A DNA stretch of 38,195 nucleotides from Rhizaria sp. SCN 62-66 (lineage: Eukaryota), in assembly GCA_001724265.1 (NCBI GenBank), contig MEDY01000007.1, positions 124,001-162,195 of the forward strand. Reading direction: 5' to 3'. The position numbers and the translations under genes were made by a program. The notes beneath the pieces were generated by a model, which was not told the origin of the DNA, did not search any database, and saw only the letters and a list, made by a program, of their open reading frames with translations. Within the stretch, counting starts at the first letter, position 1. Each line of letters starts with the position of its first letter. Below are positions 20,014 to 31,193 of the stretch, piece by piece.

Positions 20014-22434
20014 ATGTCTGTCATCGCCTCAGGCTTTGACGGCGTCGAAGTCATCGGTCCGTTCCGCTTCCCTTCATTCACGAACAAATCTCTTCCTGGT
20101 ACCTTCTCATATGAGTAAAACTCACTGCTTTTGTCTGCATTGTGTATCTGCGTTATTGTCACAGACATTAATCTTGAAAAGCTGCTCGCCTGGTTGGCGG
20201 AACGCTCCCTCATTGCCCCCAACGCGACGGAGCTCGTCAAGGCTCTGCACAACCACATCCGCTCGCTACTCGCCTCCGTGCCGCAGGAAACTAAGCCGGA
20301 CATCGCGCCGCTGCTCTTTCCGCACGCGCCCGCACTTGTTGCCGCTATACTGGCGTCCGACTCTCCGGCCACGCTTGCCAACGCCACAAACCCGGCATCC
20401 TCATTCATCGCATCCGTCTGTTCGTCAACATCGTCATCGTCGTCGACGGCGTCGCTGTCGTCGTCGGTCGCGTCCGAGGCCGCAGCACACAGCATCTCCT
20501 ATCCGGCCTGCCTCGCGATCACCGCCGCGCTTGAGCGCCACACGACCGTGCGTCTGCGCCGCCGCGCGCGCACCCTGCTGGGGTATCCCGCGACGCCGCT
20601 GTTGCGCTCCTGGACCGCAGTGGCGACCGCGTACGAGACCAAGAACCTCTTCCTGGCTGAGGCCGCGCGCGCGCTCTCCGCGCTGGCGCTCACCGCGCTC
20701 CCGGCCGGCCAGCGCGCCGTTGCGGCGGCCCGCAAAGCCGCCGCGGAGCGTGACGCGCGCGCTCTGACGCTCGCGGCGGGGGCGGCGCGCGCGGGGCGGG
20801 CCTTCGACGCCGACGCGGCCGCGGCGGGGCTCGAGGCAGAGGCGGTGGCCAGCGTGGCGCAGGCGGCCGCGCACGAGGCCGGTAAGATTACCGCAAAGGC
20901 AGACGCGGCTGTTGCTGCAGCCACAGCTGCACTAGCAGCAGCTAACGCAAACGCAAAGAACAGTGCCATAGCCAATTCGACCGCGAATGCGGCGACGTTA
21001 GCTGCGGCTGCGAGCAAGGCTGCCGACGCCGCGGACGACGCGGCCGCGGCCGTCGCCGCGCTGGCCCGGGCCCCGCCGTCTGCGCTGCCCGCCGTGGTCG
21101 AGGCTGCGCTGGCGCGCTCCAGCGGGGGCCGCACGCACGCGCTGCTGCTCGAGGTGGCCGCGCAGACGCGCACGGCGGGCGTCGCCGCGGCCGCGCTCTA
21201 CTACGGCGAGTGGGCGCGCCGCTGCGACGGCGCGGCGGCGACTGCCGGCGACTGCGAGCAGAAGCAGTGCGTGCGCGACTGTGGGCAGGACGCTACTGCG
21301 GAGGGTGACTGTGAGCGCGGAGCGATAGCGAGGCTGCGGCACGTGCTGCCGGCCCTGGCTGCGGTGCTCACGCAGAGCATTGGCGAGACTGTCACAGACA
21401 CGGCGCCCTCTGCGAACAACGCAAAGTCTGCAAGTGCGGCTGTAACCAGTGGCCGTGAGCAGCGGCAGACTGACGGCGGCGACTGTGGTGATATTGACTG
21501 GGGCGAGATTGGGTTTGATGTCGAAGCAGACTCGACAGTCGCCGCTGAGAGTGACAATAATAATGCGAACATGAAGAATAACACAAACAGTGCTGGCGCT
21601 GGAGAGATTGACTGGAACTTTAGCGTGATCGAAGAAAACGACTCTTACTCGAATGACTCAAAACTTGCGGACTCTAGTTCGACTCTTGTTTCTTCTTCTG
21701 CGTCAGCTGAGAACAAAGATAAGCCTCGGCGACTTAACTTATGGCTCGCCGAGTCCCGCCACGCGCTCGCCGCGGACCTCACTGAGCTCGAGTCCTTCTA
21801 CACGATGCGCCTGAGCGAGATCCAGAGCAACGAGAAGGCGACGGCTGCGGGCATGGCGTTGAGTGGCGTCATTGCCGCGTTCCTGCCCGTTGCGACAATC
21901 AACGTTGCTGCGCTGCTCGATGAGTGCACCGGAGCGAACGACAACGCAACTAAGGCTAACGGTGACAGCAGCGATAAGACCGCTGCGTCCCCGTTATCCT
22001 GGCTCCGGTCCGACGCCGCTGCGGCGACCGCTGCCACCGCGCCCGGCGTCATCCTTCTCACCGACACCTCGCGGATGCAGTCCTGGTTGTCCCAGTCCGT
22101 GGCTCCCCCTCTGCGTGCACTGACCCAGGGCTCTGGCCCGCTGCAGCAGCACCTGCTGCTCACCGTCTCGGCCCGCGCGCGCGCAGCGGCCGCGGCGCGA
22201 CTGGCGCAGGCCGCGCTGCAGGGCCCCGCGCTGGCGGCGCGCGCTGCGGCCGCGGCGGCGCGGGCTGCCGCGGCGCGCGCGGAGGCCGCGAAAGAGACCG
22301 CAGAGGGGGAGGGCGTGCGGCGGCGCGCGAAATAGCTTAAGACGAGTCTGGAGGACGCGCTGGGGAGGATTATCAAGAAGAAAGTCAAGCTGTTTGTCGC
22401 TGCAGAGTCGACAGCGGCGACCGGCGACGAGTGA
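20014..22434 (+). CDS. CDK5RAP3: CDK5RAP3/C53 (UFMylation adaptor, ER-phagy receptor), about 770 aa with one in-frame TAG; exons 20014-20056 and 20165-22434
   Basis: N-terminal IDINLEKLLAWLAER (intron 20057-20164, GTCCGT...CAG, phase 1), YETKNLFLAEAARAL, IDWG/IDWN motifs, RHALAADLTELESFYTMRLSE, LQQHLLL, and C-terminal AK*LKTSLEDALGRIIKKKVKLF. Ends TGA at 22432-22434. Confidence 0.88.
22333..22335 (+). other. In-frame TAG in the C-terminal helix of CDK5RAP3
   Basis: Reads gcg aaa TAG ctt aag acg agt ctg gag. The 32 codons after it resemble the family's conserved terminus (TKELQKLIEADISKRYSGRPVNLMG-like). Confidence 0.78.
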
Positions 22435-22949
22435 TGTGTGTCTCTGCTTACAATATCAGAAAGGTTACATAGAAACAAGATTCGATTTTTACACAAGTTG
22501 TTTTACAAATTTGAAAAATACATTTGTTTATTTTACTATTGGCTTTAAGTTTGAACAAATATGTGGCGTTAATTTTCTGTTGCAGTTTTGTCTTGACGCT
22601 TTTGTCACCACACATTGTCCTTCCGCAACATCAGTTGTTGCTGCTCGGTTTTGTTAAGTTGCAAGCTTTGCTGTAGTGGTCGCAGCAATGCGGCCACAGC
22701 TAGTCAAGCCACAACATCACACAAACGAGCTACTCCGACTACGTCAAACGCGCAGCCGTCAAACTAAACTATCATTAGACCAGTGACACAACGTTATCTT
22801 GGGTCGTCGCTCACATCGTACTCTCAAACAAACAGACAAACGAAAGGAAGAAAAAAAGCATGTTCTTAAAACATATGCATATCTTTTTCAAAACACAAAT
22901 TTACACCAGCATTCCTTCAAACGCATTTAGCCGCGGATCTAAGTGGCAC

Positions 22950-25900
22950 TTACTCGTCAGCGACATCGGCAACGGGGGACGCGACGGCGGAGTCCGCAGC
23001 AGGGGCCTCGGCGGCAGCGGCGGCAGCAGACTCAGCGTCAGCGGCAGGGGCAGCGACAGGGACGGCCTCAGCAGGGACAGCCTCAGCAGCGGCGGGGGCA
23101 GCAGCCTCAGCCTCAGCCAACGCCGGCTCAGCAGCCTCAGCGGCGGCGGGGACGGGCGAGGCAGGCTCAGCCGCCGCAGCAGCAGCATCAGCAGCGGAAG
23201 CAGAAGCAGCGGGAGCCTCGGCCTCGGCAGCAGCGGGGGCGGCGACAGGGGACGCGGGGGCCGGCACGGGGGAGGCGGAGGCCTTAGGGCTGGCAGGCGC
23301 CGCAGGCTCTGCAGCAGCAGCAACGGGAGCGGGGGCCTCAGCGGCAGCCTCAGGGGCAGCGGGGGCCGCCTCAGCCGCAGCCTTGGGGCTAGCAGGCGAG
23401 GGCGCGGGCGCGGCGGCAGGGGCAGCCTCGGCAGCCTCGGCGGCGTGAACGGGCTGGGCCTCGGCAGGGGCGGACTCGGCAGCGGCCTCGGGGGCAGCGG
23501 CAACGGGCGCCTCTGCAGCAGCAGCGGCGGCGGGCTCAGCCTCCACACCAGCGGGAGCGGCCTCAACGTCGGCGGCCGCAGTCGGCGCCTCGCCCTGAGC
23601 GGCGGCGGCGGCGGGGTCAGCAACCTCACCATGGGTGGCAGGCGCCTCGGCAGCAGCCTCAACAGCAGCCTCGGGGGCGGCCTCAGACGCAACAGCGGCG
23701 GCTGCGGCGGGGGGCGCGAGGGCGGCCAGGTCGAGCGGCAGCGGGCGCAGGGTGACGAGGCACGGGGCGCCGTCGGCACCGACGATGGGCTCGCCCGTCG
23801 CCGACGAAGTCAGCGGGGCCTGGAACTCGTTCGCCTCCTGAAATAGCAATAGTGAACACAGAGGTAGCATAGATGTGAGTGAGGAATCATGGAGAACAAA
23901 AATCATGTAGAGTGAGTTCACATAAATGTGATCAATGCTGTTCATCTAGATATCGCGTGTTTAGCGTACCTGGATCTCGGTGGCCGACGCGTACTGCGCG
24001 GCGAGCGCGGCGACGTCGATGTCGGCCCAGCCCAGCAGGCGGTCCGTCTTGACCTCGAGCGCGGCCGCAGCAGCCGCAGCAGCCTCAGCGGCAGCCGCAG
24101 CAGCGGCCTCAGCCTCGGGACCCTCGGCCGCAGCGCCCTCGACGGCGGCTGCGGCGGCAGCAGCAGCGGCGGCGGCGTTGGCAGCGGCGGCGGCGTCCTC
24201 GTCCGACACGTCGAAGAGCGAGAAGCGGTAGATGGTGGCGGTGCCGCGCGGGAGCTTGATCGCAGCCTGCACGGGCGCCGGGAAGTGCGGCGACGCGTTT
24301 CCGGGCACGATCGCGGTCTGCGCGTAGTGCTCGAACACAGCCTCCTTCTCGGCAGCCTCGCCGTCAGCGGCGGCGCTGGAGGACTCGGCGAGCGCGTAGA
24401 CCACGCACATGGGGTTCACGGTCCCGCGCTCGGGCTCCAACAGCGGCAGGTTCGCGCACGAGATGGCGAAGCGCACCGCGGGGATGGTGCTAATGTCCGC
24501 GTGCGCGGGGTCTGCAGCGGCGGCGGCGGCGGCGGCCTCGGCGGCAGCGGCCTCGGCGGCAGCAGCGGCGGCGGCGGCCGAGTCCGCAGAGTCTGTCTCG
24601 GTCGCGGCGGGGCCCGATGCGCCGGCGGGGGGCACTTCGGCCGTGGCCTCGGACGACGCGGACGCCGCGGCCGAGGCGGCGACGGCGGCGACGGCGGCCT
24701 CGGCGGCGAAGCTGCGGTAGGGGAACTGCGGGACGTCGCTGCAGAGCGTGAGCACGAGTTCGGCGTGTGTGTCCGCGCCGGCGCCGCTGGGCACGGGCGC
24801 GCCGTCGTTGCCGACGAGCGGCAGCACGAACTCGCGGGGCCCCGCGGGCGTGAGCACGGCCTCGAGCGCGTCGCGCAGGTCGACCTTAACCGAGGCGAGG
24901 ATGTCGCGCTCCGAGATGGAGCCGCTGTCCTCGACGTCGAACACGGTAAAGCGGTACGTGATGGGCGCGATCACGGGGTCGTACTCGAGCGGCGCGACGC
25001 TGTGCTCGTCGTACACCGGGTTCGCGCTCTGCTTGACCCAGTCCGACTGGCCCGCGATGGCGTACATGCCCGTCGCGTTGTCCTTGCGGTACACGACAAC
25101 AAGCGACGACGTTGACGCGGGCAGGTGGCGGCACGAGAGCCGGAACGCCAGCGACTGCGACGCCGCGAGCGAGGCCTCGACCGCGGCGGCGAGGTCGGCT
25201 GGGCTCGCGTCAGCGGCGTTGAGCGGGCCGCGGGCGCCGCGCGCGCCGTCGCCGCCGTTAAGCCCGTCCGCGGAGGACGAGGACGACATGGTGACGGGCT
25301 CGGCCTCGACGGGCGGCGGCACGGGGAACACTGTCACGCGCACGTGCGCGTCCTTGAGGGGCTCGCCGTGGCGCGAGAGCGGGGCCGTGAACTGGCGCTG
25401 CGTGTTGGAGGCGACGGTGACGAAGGCCTCGGCCAGCAGGTCGGCCTCATCGACGCGCGACAGCCAGTCGGGCTGCGCCGCGTCGGCGACGTCGTAGAGC
25501 GCGAGGCGCAGGCGCTCAGGGCGCTTGGAGTAGACGTGGACGGGGATGAGGCCCTCGAACGCGGGGTCGTGGTCGGGCACGCCCTTGGGCTCAGTGTGGC
25601 CGATACCGATGGTGTACTGGTCGTTATCGTCGGCCACAGAGCACACCACCACGGGCTCGCACTTGCCCGAGGCCTCGGAGACGGGCAGGTTCACGGCCTC
25701 AATGCCGAGCTCGGCCAGCGAGACCACGCCGACGGCGGAGGCGCGCAGCGACACGGTGGCGCGCGGGATCGGGGAGCCGGAGGCGTCGAGCAGGGCCAGG
25801 TCGATGGCGCCGCCCGCGCCGCCGCCGGCGCGGAGCACGGTGTAGAGGTCGACGACGGCCTCGCCGAGGAGGTTGCCGTCGTGCGGGGCGCGCTCGTGCA

Positions 25901-28507
25901 GCGGCAGCACGTCGTAGACGGCGATGCGCAGCGAGGACTTGACGTCGTCCTCGTCGGCGGGGGCGTCGACGAGCACGTCCTTGAGGAACGACAGTGCCAC
26001 GGTGGGATCGGTCGAGTCGGCGAGGCGCTCGGACTGGGCGATGAGCGTGTCGTGCTGCTGTGTGTCGACGTTCTTGGCGTAGACGGCGACAACGGGCAGC
26101 GACAGGCCTTGCCAGTCGGAACGGCGCAGGCCGGACGCGCGGAAGCGGAGGCAGATCTTGTCCTGCGGGTCCTTGGGCGGGTACGCGGGGCGGCGCGGCG
26201 GCATGTGCGTGGCCTCGACCGTGAGCACGACGCTCTCGCCCAGCAGCTCGTTCTTGAGGTTGCGCAGCTGCAGCGTGAGTGGGTCGGACCTCTTACCCAC
26301 GGGCACGGACCACAGCGAGTACTGCTCCACGGGCACCTCGGGCACAAAGCCGGACATGTCCACGGCGCCCGTCGCCGGGTCAGGCGTCTGCGTAGCCTGA
26401 TAGGCCTGCGCCTGCGCCGCGACCACGGCTTCGGCATCGGCCGTGGGCAGCGAGGCCACGAACGACGACAGCGGCGCCGTCGCCCAGCCGACGAGCGCCT
26501 TGGACGGGTACGTGGGGTCGAACTCCTCAGCGTCGTACACAGCGAACTTGAGCAGACGCGGGAGGTCGGAGTAGAACTCGACGGGGATGCCCTGTGCGAA
26601 CACGGGGTCAGTGGTTCCACGCTTCACCTCGGTGGTGCCCAGCGGCACGAAGGTGATCTCGTTAGCATCCTGGACGGACACGCACACGATCGAGTCGGAG
26701 CGGCCCAGCGCCTCGATGAACGGCAGGCTCTTGCACGAGATCTGGAGGCGCGTCTGGTGGCGCGAGCCGGGGAACTTGGACAGGCGCGCGTTGCACATGA
26801 GCGTGCCGGGCGACGCGCCAACCTCCTGGCTGCGTGCGGTGAGCGGGTACACCGCGACAGGGGGCTCGGCGTGCGCGGCCGCGGCCTCGCCGCCAGTGGC
26901 CTCGTAGATGTGGCTGAGGTCCACGACGACGGAGCCGGTGATAGCGGCCTCGAGCTGCTCCGCAGTCTGCGTCGCCACGTCCACCTCGGAGTCGAAGTCG
27001 TACACGCACAGCAGGAACTCGGACGAGTGTTTGACCTTGGGGGCCTCCTTGACCAGCGCCGCGGCCTTGGCGAGGTGCGCAACGAAGTCCTCGCTGGGCG
27101 CGCCGACCTGGGCGTCGACCACGGACGTGATCTCGTCCTCCTCGCGCTTCTTGAGGTCCGCGTTGAGCGTCACGCCCAGCACCTCGGGGTCCAGCTTGAA
27201 GCTCGTGCTGAAGACCGGGTTCAGCGGCGTGCAGTTGCGTTCCGTCGTGCCCAGCAGGCGAACGAACTCGCCCGTCACGGGGTGCGTCGGCGCCGCCGTG
27301 GCGCCGTTGGCGCCTCTCAACGCGGCGCCGCCGGCGCTGCCGTGGGCGCCGCCGGCCGGGAGCGTCTGCGGCGGGCGCGCGTAGAGTGCGACGACGGGAA
27401 ACGAGCCCGCCTGCGCGTCCGACTTGACGTGGTCCTCGAGGGCAACGCTGAGGTAGAGCGTGAGCAGCTCCAGCGGCGGGCGGCGCAGGCGCTCCTTCTC
27501 GAAGGCGGCCTTGCGCCGGGCCTGCTCCTCGAGCAGCAGCTTGCGGCGGGACTTGCGCTTGCGGCCGCCGCGGGAAGCGTCGGGCGCGAGGTCCATTCTG
27601 GACAGCATCGCCGGCTCGGGCGTGGTCTGGGAGAGCAGGCAGTTGAGGATGTAGTTGATCTTGGGCGGGTTGGGGAAGGCCACCTCGAAGCGGATCTCGC
27701 CGTCCTGGAAGATCAGGAATACGGGGCGCGGGGAGTCGTACGACGTGAAGCGCTCGAGCTTGGGGATGGTGATCGAGTCGCCGCGCAGAGGGTCTTGGAG
27801 GAGCGACTTGGAGAGCTCGTCGAGGCCCATGTCGGACGAGGAGGAGGAAGAGCCGGAGCCGGAGTTGAATGCCGGGGAGAGACCGCGGTAGGTGGTCTTG
27901 GTGCTGCGCTTGTACTCGTCCTCGGGGGAGAAGCGCTCCGTCTCCTTGCGCTTGAGACCAGCGTCGTCGGTCTCGCGCTTCTTCTTGGCCTCCTCCTGCA
28001 GGGCCGCGGTGGTGTCCTGCACGATCTTGGCGACGTTGATGGTGAGCCACGAAACCTTGTCCTCTGCGTCATCGACAGAGAGCATGAAGCTTTGGATGTT
28101 CTGCGTGTACGACGCGCATGAACCGAAGAAGGAGTTGTATACCTCAACGATCAGGATGCGGTGGTCCTCGAGGTGCTTGAGCCAGTCCTGGACAGTATTC
28201 ACAGGTGTGCGATAGTCCTTGACTAGCTGGTTACCACGGGAAGCCTGTTAGCACGGCGCAACAGCGAAGTGGGTCGATGCAAGTAGAGTTCAAAAGGGGT
28301 TGATAGCAGTGAGAAGAGTCTCATGTGTGCTACAAAGTCATAGAAAGATTATAGCAGGCAAAAGGCAGGACGGGAGCAGGTTTACGAACGGTCTCATGAA
28401 AGTCGGTCGGCGCGTCGAGAAGGAGTTCAACTCAGCCCAAGTCGATCGTCAAGCGCGCCAAAAATTAAATATTACGTAGAGCCAAACACAATTTGTCGAC
28501 GTACCAT
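22950..28507 (-). CDS. Multi-C2-domain protein (six copine-type C2 domains, no vWA domain) with Ala/Pro/Glu-rich tail, about 1720 aa; exons 28507-28505 (inferred ATG-only), 28244-23970, 23837-22950
   Basis: Six repeats of the pattern ISCxxL...GxTE...NPVF...FxVYD. Intron 23969-23838 (GTACGC...CAG, phase 0). Acceptor GCTAACAG at 28245 and upstream ATG|GTACGT at 28507-28499. Ends TAA. The first exon is uncertain. Confidence 0.82.
22960..23715 (-). repeat. Low-complexity imperfect coding repeats (AAEAAPA / PASP-type)
   Basis: Recurring GCC/GCT/GAG/CCC codon units encoding about 250 aa made almost entirely of Ala, Pro, Glu, Ser and Val. Confidence 0.7.
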
Positions 28508-29231
28508 GATTTCTCAGCTATGGATACAGGAATATCCCCTTAGAATGCAAAAGAAATATTTCTCCCTGCCGTTACCATGACCTCCCCGGCCCACCGCTTT
28601 AAAGCAGGTCGCCAACTAGACCGAGCTGCTAGCGACCGTGGGCGTCTGTGGAAGCGAAGTAACCCTGCAGAGTGCACAACCGCGGGCTAAATGAGGACTT
28701 AACTTGCGTTTCATTACTATCTTTTGAATAATAATACGTCTTGATGTGGTTTCTTAACTGTATCTTTCTGGTCAGACTCCATGACGGATTCTTTAGGCAG
28801 AACTATCTGTAACGGATCTCTCTTTTCTCGCTCGCCCTCCATCAGGCGCCCGTTGCTTTCGGTCTCCAAGCGACTCCCTCGTGAAGCAGCTCGCTCCTTA
28901 TGGAGTGTTGACTAGTGCTTAGTAATGCCCTGGAGTATTTTCAGGCTAGGCCACGGTTATATCTCTGGATCCCTATATGAACCCCGTCATCTCACCCTGC
29001 CTTGGTCGCCTCTCATCGCCTCTTGCTTCTAACCTGCAGGAACAGCTTCCCCAAGCGTCTCCTTCACCAAACCACTCTTTGCTGGCAACAGCGTTCCTCC
29101 TTAACACACATCCTTACCGCGGCTTGGTGCGTGACGCTCACTTCGCCACGACATCTGTCCGTGTTGTCACAGTCAGTGTCACTCACACAACTGCCAGCGT
29201 GCGCTTTCACTTCCCTGTGACTGACTGACCA

Positions 29232-31193
29232 ATGGACCCACTCAACGACCTTCTCAAGGTCGACTACACGACCCTCACCAACGTGTTGCGCGACATTCTT
29301 GCTCGTCTCCGCGATCATGAGGACAAGATCATCACCCTCGAGTCCTCCAACGCAGAGAAGGACCGCCAGATCGCTCTCTTGACGGAGCAGGTGCGCGATG
29401 GCAGCCAGAAGATCGCCGACATGGGCGCCCGCGTCGCGCTCGTTACCACGCGCATGGACGAAGTCAGCAAGGAGACCGAGGCCAACTCGGCCGCCATCGG
29501 CGGGCTGCAGACGACGATGACGGACGTGCTGGACCGCCTCGACAGGCTCGAGCGCGCGGGCGGGCTCGGCGGCGCGGGCTCGCTCGACTCGCGCCTCACG
29601 GAGCTAGAGAAGCGCACCGCCGGCCTGGACGGCATGGCGGAGCAGATTGCCGAGCTTCGCATCAAGAAGGCGGACCGCGACTCGGTTGACGCGGCCGTCT
29701 CCGCGATCGAGGAGACGCTCGCGCGCATCCAGGAACAGCTCGCGCGCACGACGGCGATGCTCAAGGACCAGCAGGGCTCGATCCGCTCGCTCGAGGCCCT
29801 CGCCAATGCTGGCGGGCTCGCGGGCGGCAGCGGCGGCGACGGCGACAACGGCCGCTCTGGCCGCGACCGCGGCAACCTGGACAACCTCTACGTGCTCAAG
29901 TCGCTGTGGGACTCCGAGCTGTCGGACCTGCAGGAGAAGGACTCGCTGGCCGCGGCCGAGATCCGGAAGCTGTGGCAGGCCGTGCGCAAGCTCAAGGAGT
30001 CGGACGACGAGCTCCACGAGGCCGGCGCCGTGCGCGACGCGCAGATCTCGGAGTTGCGCCAGGCGCTCGCGGCGCTGGGCAAGCTGGTCAACGCCGTCAC
30101 GGACCGCGTTAACGAGTGCGCCTCGCGCCGCGACTTGCTCGCGCTGCGCGACGACCTTATCAAGCAGATCCGCGAGGCCGCGGGCGCGCTCAAGGAGCAC
30201 CTCAAGAAGGAGCTGCGCCGCTTCGAGAAGGACCTCATCGACTACATCGGCGAGCGCGGCGGCGCGGGGAGCGACCAGACGGAGACAGCGATCGGCAAGG
30301 TGTACTTCCGCTGCCTCACGTGCAACCAGGTCACCGGCTCGCAGCACGGCCCGCACTCGCGCACTTTTCAGGCGCAGATGGGCATCCCCGTCGTCGGCGG
30401 CAACGCCGGCACTGGCGTGTCGATCCCCACCTCTTCTGCGGGCGCGCTGATGCACCAGCGTCCCAGCACCGCGGGAGCGCTCTCGGCCATCGCGCAAGGC
30501 GGCATGCTAATCGAGCGCGGTGACGACCTGACGCTCCACGGCGCTGACGGGCAGGTCTACAAGGGCCGCGAGGACCCGATCGTGCACTTCGCCTCGCCCG
30601 CCGACTCGGTCGCGGCCCCTGCGCTCGGCTTCGGCGCCTCTGGCGGCGTCTCGGCCACTGCGGCGCCGTCCACGGCGGCGGCCGGTGGCAGCGGCTTCAG
30701 CAGCCGCGCCGGCAGCGGCACCTTCCGCGTGCTCTACACCGACAAGGATGCCAGCGGCGGCGGCAACGGCGGGCAGCTCTCGCACCGCGGCGCGCGCCCC
30801 GCGTCCTCTGGCGTGTACAGCAGCAGCATGGGCCCTGGCGTGACGTACGCGCCCGCGCAGCCCTCGGCCGCGGGATCCCCGCCGCGCTCGCATCTGCGCC
30901 AGCGCCAGCAGGCGCTCACGCAGCAGTTCGCCAACACCGCGACGGGCGAGGTCGCGCCCGCGTTCGGCGGCCCGCTCGCGGCCACGACGCCCGCGCTGCC
31001 CGACGGCACCGCGGTCGGCGGCCCGCTCGATTACCGCCAGCCCTCCGCAGGCGGCAGTAAGCAGCAGCCGCAGCAGCAGTTCAACGCCACCACGCAGCTC
31101 GGCTCGGCCCGCGGCAACGGCGCGAACGGCGGTGGCAACGGCAAGAAGACGCTGCCGCCCCGGCCGTCGACGTCGGTAGGGCCCAGACTCTGA
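29232..31193 (+). CDS. Coiled-coil protein with FRCLTC motif (QRICH2/DUF4795-like), 653 aa, intronless
   Basis: About 330 aa of heptad-like sequence including KKADR, then KVYFRCLTCNQ and a disordered tail with RPSTA/RPASS/RPSTS motifs. Strong codon bias. Ends TGA. The family assignment is tentative. Confidence 0.75.
   Translation: MDPLNDLLKVDYTTLTNVLRDILARLRDHEDKIITLESSNAEKDRQIALLTEQVRDGSQKIADMGARVALVTTRMDEVSKETEANSAAIGGLQTTMTDVLDRLDRLERAGGLGGAGSLDSRLTELEKRTAGLDGMAEQIAELRIKKADRDSVDAAVSAIEETLARIQEQLARTTAMLKDQQGSIRSLEALANAGGLAGGSGGDGDNGRSGRDRGNLDNLYVLKSLWDSELSDLQEKDSLAAAEIRKLWQAVRKLKESDDELHEAGAVRDAQISELRQALAALGKLVNAVTDRVNECASRRDLLALRDDLIKQIREAAGALKEHLKKELRRFEKDLIDYIGERGGAGSDQTETAIGKVYFRCLTCNQVTGSQHGPHSRTFQAQMGIPVVGGNAGTGVSIPTSSAGALMHQRPSTAGALSAIAQGGMLIERGDDLTLHGADGQVYKGREDPIVHFASPADSVAAPALGFGASGGVSATAAPSTAAAGGSGFSSRAGSGTFRVLYTDKDASGGGNGGQLSHRGARPASSGVYSSSMGPGVTYAPAQPSAAGSPPRSHLRQRQQALTQQFANTATGEVAPAFGGPLAATTPALPDGTAVGGPLDYRQPSAGGSKQQPQQQFNATTQLGSARGNGANGGGNGKKTLPPRPSTSVGPRL

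Noticed and set aside
25125..28121. 998-aa plus-strand ORF and other long antisense ORFs (906-1952, 12932-14479, 22860-23846, 23928-25115)
   Set aside because: These are antisense shadows of GC3-rich genes. They are Arg/Gly-rich, show no recognisable motifs, and lie opposite well-supported genes.
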